Shown here one piece after another: positions 62,206 through 64,000 of a stretch of DNA of 64,000 nt. The notes under the pieces are model-generated. The model saw nothing but the letters and a program-made list of their open reading frames with translations, was not told the origin of the DNA and searched no databases. Origin of the DNA: Anthoceros angustus (lineage: Eukaryota > Plantae > Anthocerotophyta). The position numbers were made by a program, and so were the translations under genes. Positions within the stretch are counted from its first letter, which is position 1; the number at the start of each line of letters is the position of its first letter. The stretch spans positions 79,624 through 143,623 of the forward strand of contig MU008226.1 in assembly GCA_010909165.1 (NCBI GenBank), read 5' to 3'.

Positions 62206-64000
62206 GAAGGCGGAGAATAGGACAGTCCAAGGAGTTTGGCGTCGCGAGGCTGCAGCGAGGTGGAGGAAGCCGAGTCGGACGGGGATCGGCCCTGGAGAAG
62301 AGTGGCGGACCTCAGGAAAGGATAAATGGAAGGCGGAGGCGGTGGTGCTTTCGTCCGTTCGGGAAGCGAGGAGCTCGGCTCCATGGCATAAGCTGGAGCT
62401 GGAATGCGACAGGAGGAGGGTCGGCGGCGCAGGCTGCGAGGAGATGTCGGAGGCCCTTTGGTGGCATCGAAGTCCGCCCGGGCTGTTAGTAAACACAGCA
62501 GCGGAGCAGGCGGTGGACATGCCTGTTCTTAGGGCACCTCTGGCGGAGGAATCTGGGTGCTCGGGCCCATGTGGAGGAGGCAATTCAACAAGTCGATTCA
62601 CTTTGCCTACTACCTTGAGCTCCTCAAGGCTCTGGAGGTCTTGCCACTCTGGCGGTGGCGGACTTCGGAAGGGTCGGAAGGAGGAGGCGAGGAGGAAGGA
62701 CCGGGGCAGCGACCACAGGGACCCTAGGCTGTTTGATGACAACAGCGACAGCGAGAGCGGGGAGGGCGGAGGAAGGGACTGCTTGCAGGAGGTAAGCACT
62801 CTGCACCTCACTTGCGGAAGGAAGGGAGGGGCACAGGAGGCCGTGGAAGGGTGCCAGGGCACTCGGGAACCAAGGGAGGCTCGATGGATGAGCCCGTGAT
62901 CGGCCAGTGAGGAGGCGGAACCCGAGGAGTGGGTCGGGACTTTGTCCGGACTCTGAAGGCGAATCAGTCAGGCCCCAGAGGAAGTCGGACTTGAGGTCAG
63001 ACTCTAGTGAGCCGGACCACGAGGTCGGACTCGAGGAAGGTTGGGCCCGGAGGGCCGGACCCGGAGGCAAGTCCAGGGCCCAGGGTCGAACCCGGAAAAG
63101 GCCGGGCCCAGGTCAGAACCCGGAGGACACGAGGACCCGGACCCGAAGGCGGACCTAGAGGTCCGGACTCGGTCGAGGCAGGGTCACGAGGTCGAGACTC
63201 GGGGCGGGGAGGACCGATCCGACCCAGCAGATCCATCTCTTGGAGGCCAGCTGCAGGGCCCGGAGAAGATAGAGAGGAGGGAGGACCTGAGTGGTGTGCC
63301 GTTGTCGGGCCGCGGCCGTGTATGACTGACAAACCCTCGGGGAGAGGTAGGGGTCCCTCGCGGATCATCAATTGGGTGCGCATGATTGTCAAGGCTCGGC
63401 TTTGGGCGCGGTGCCAAGGCAGAATCGGGGGCCATCGTGGTAGGTTTGCCTAGGTCACGGGCTCGCCTCGGTGGCCACACTTATCCAGTTGTTGAATCGT
63501 AGGTTCGATCCCAAGAGATTTGGTTCGGATTGTTTGCGAGTCGTTCCTCTCACTCTCTCGCTCTCATCATCCTGCCCGGTCTACTTGTCCTCGGTGTGGG
63601 CAACAAGCGGTGTTGTGCGTTTACAGGTTTGCACGGCCGCGCTCTCACGCCTTCGAGATTCCCTCCACCCAACACTCTCCTATGCCAACTACAGCATCAA
63701 TTCACTCTACAACGACACACCCAACCAACCTCTTCACCATTCTCAAAAGAAACATAGTTCACAGACCACATACAAACTCACTTCATTCGATCCCAAATCT
63801 AACTCTACCGTAGCGTTCGCGGTTACCGCCTCCCTTGCGGCACAACTGCACAGGGGTGACTAATCTGGGTATTTCTCTCGGGCGATTGCTGTACAACACA
63901 CGGGCGTAGTCGCGCCGATCCTGAGGCCACCAGCAACACAAAGTACATCCAACAACAATCTTTCACGAGAGGAGGAGCTGCGTTGGCGAACCCACCGCGA
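62205..64000 (+). repeat. Third, tandem copy of the terminal ~2.2-kb unit (ORF C-terminus/copy F, GGACC tract, inverted LTR), running off the window end
   Basis: Matches 21105-22905 and 59930-61790. Confidence 0.92.

Overview
This is a eukaryotic, retrotransposon-dense window, plant-like by its element types. The host lineage is not determinable here; a non-seed plant or streptophyte is only a guess. No intact genes, RNA genes or CRISPR arrays were found. Recognisable parts: (i) a frameshifted Ty3/Gypsy pol at 97-2670 (+) whose integrase ends in a PHD finger; (ii) four Ty1/Copia fragments, all on the minus strand; (iii) a near-complete Athila-like Ty3/Gypsy gag-pol at 39830-44860 (-) with a tRNA-Asp-type PBS and a 5' LTR; (iv) a ~14.5-kb direct duplication (8753-23280 vs 47315-62205), followed by a third tandem copy of its last ~2.2 kb. 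The main unexplained signal is a recurring accessory cassette, seen in part six or more times on both strands. It runs: TATA-containing module, long ORF (PTxVG repeats, DLYGRPR, coiled coil, AYYHAELLKALEVL), GGACC/GGTCC hairpin tract, then PPT/LTR. It looks like an uncharacterised 3' extra-ORF system of an Athila-like lineage. The duplicated block also holds a gene-like transcription unit with an internal ~570-bp duplication. Frameshifts are very dense and indel-dominated, which suggests unpolished long-read error, so ORF disruption and some junctions may be artefacts. All alignments, identities and most boundaries were judged by eye and are approximate.
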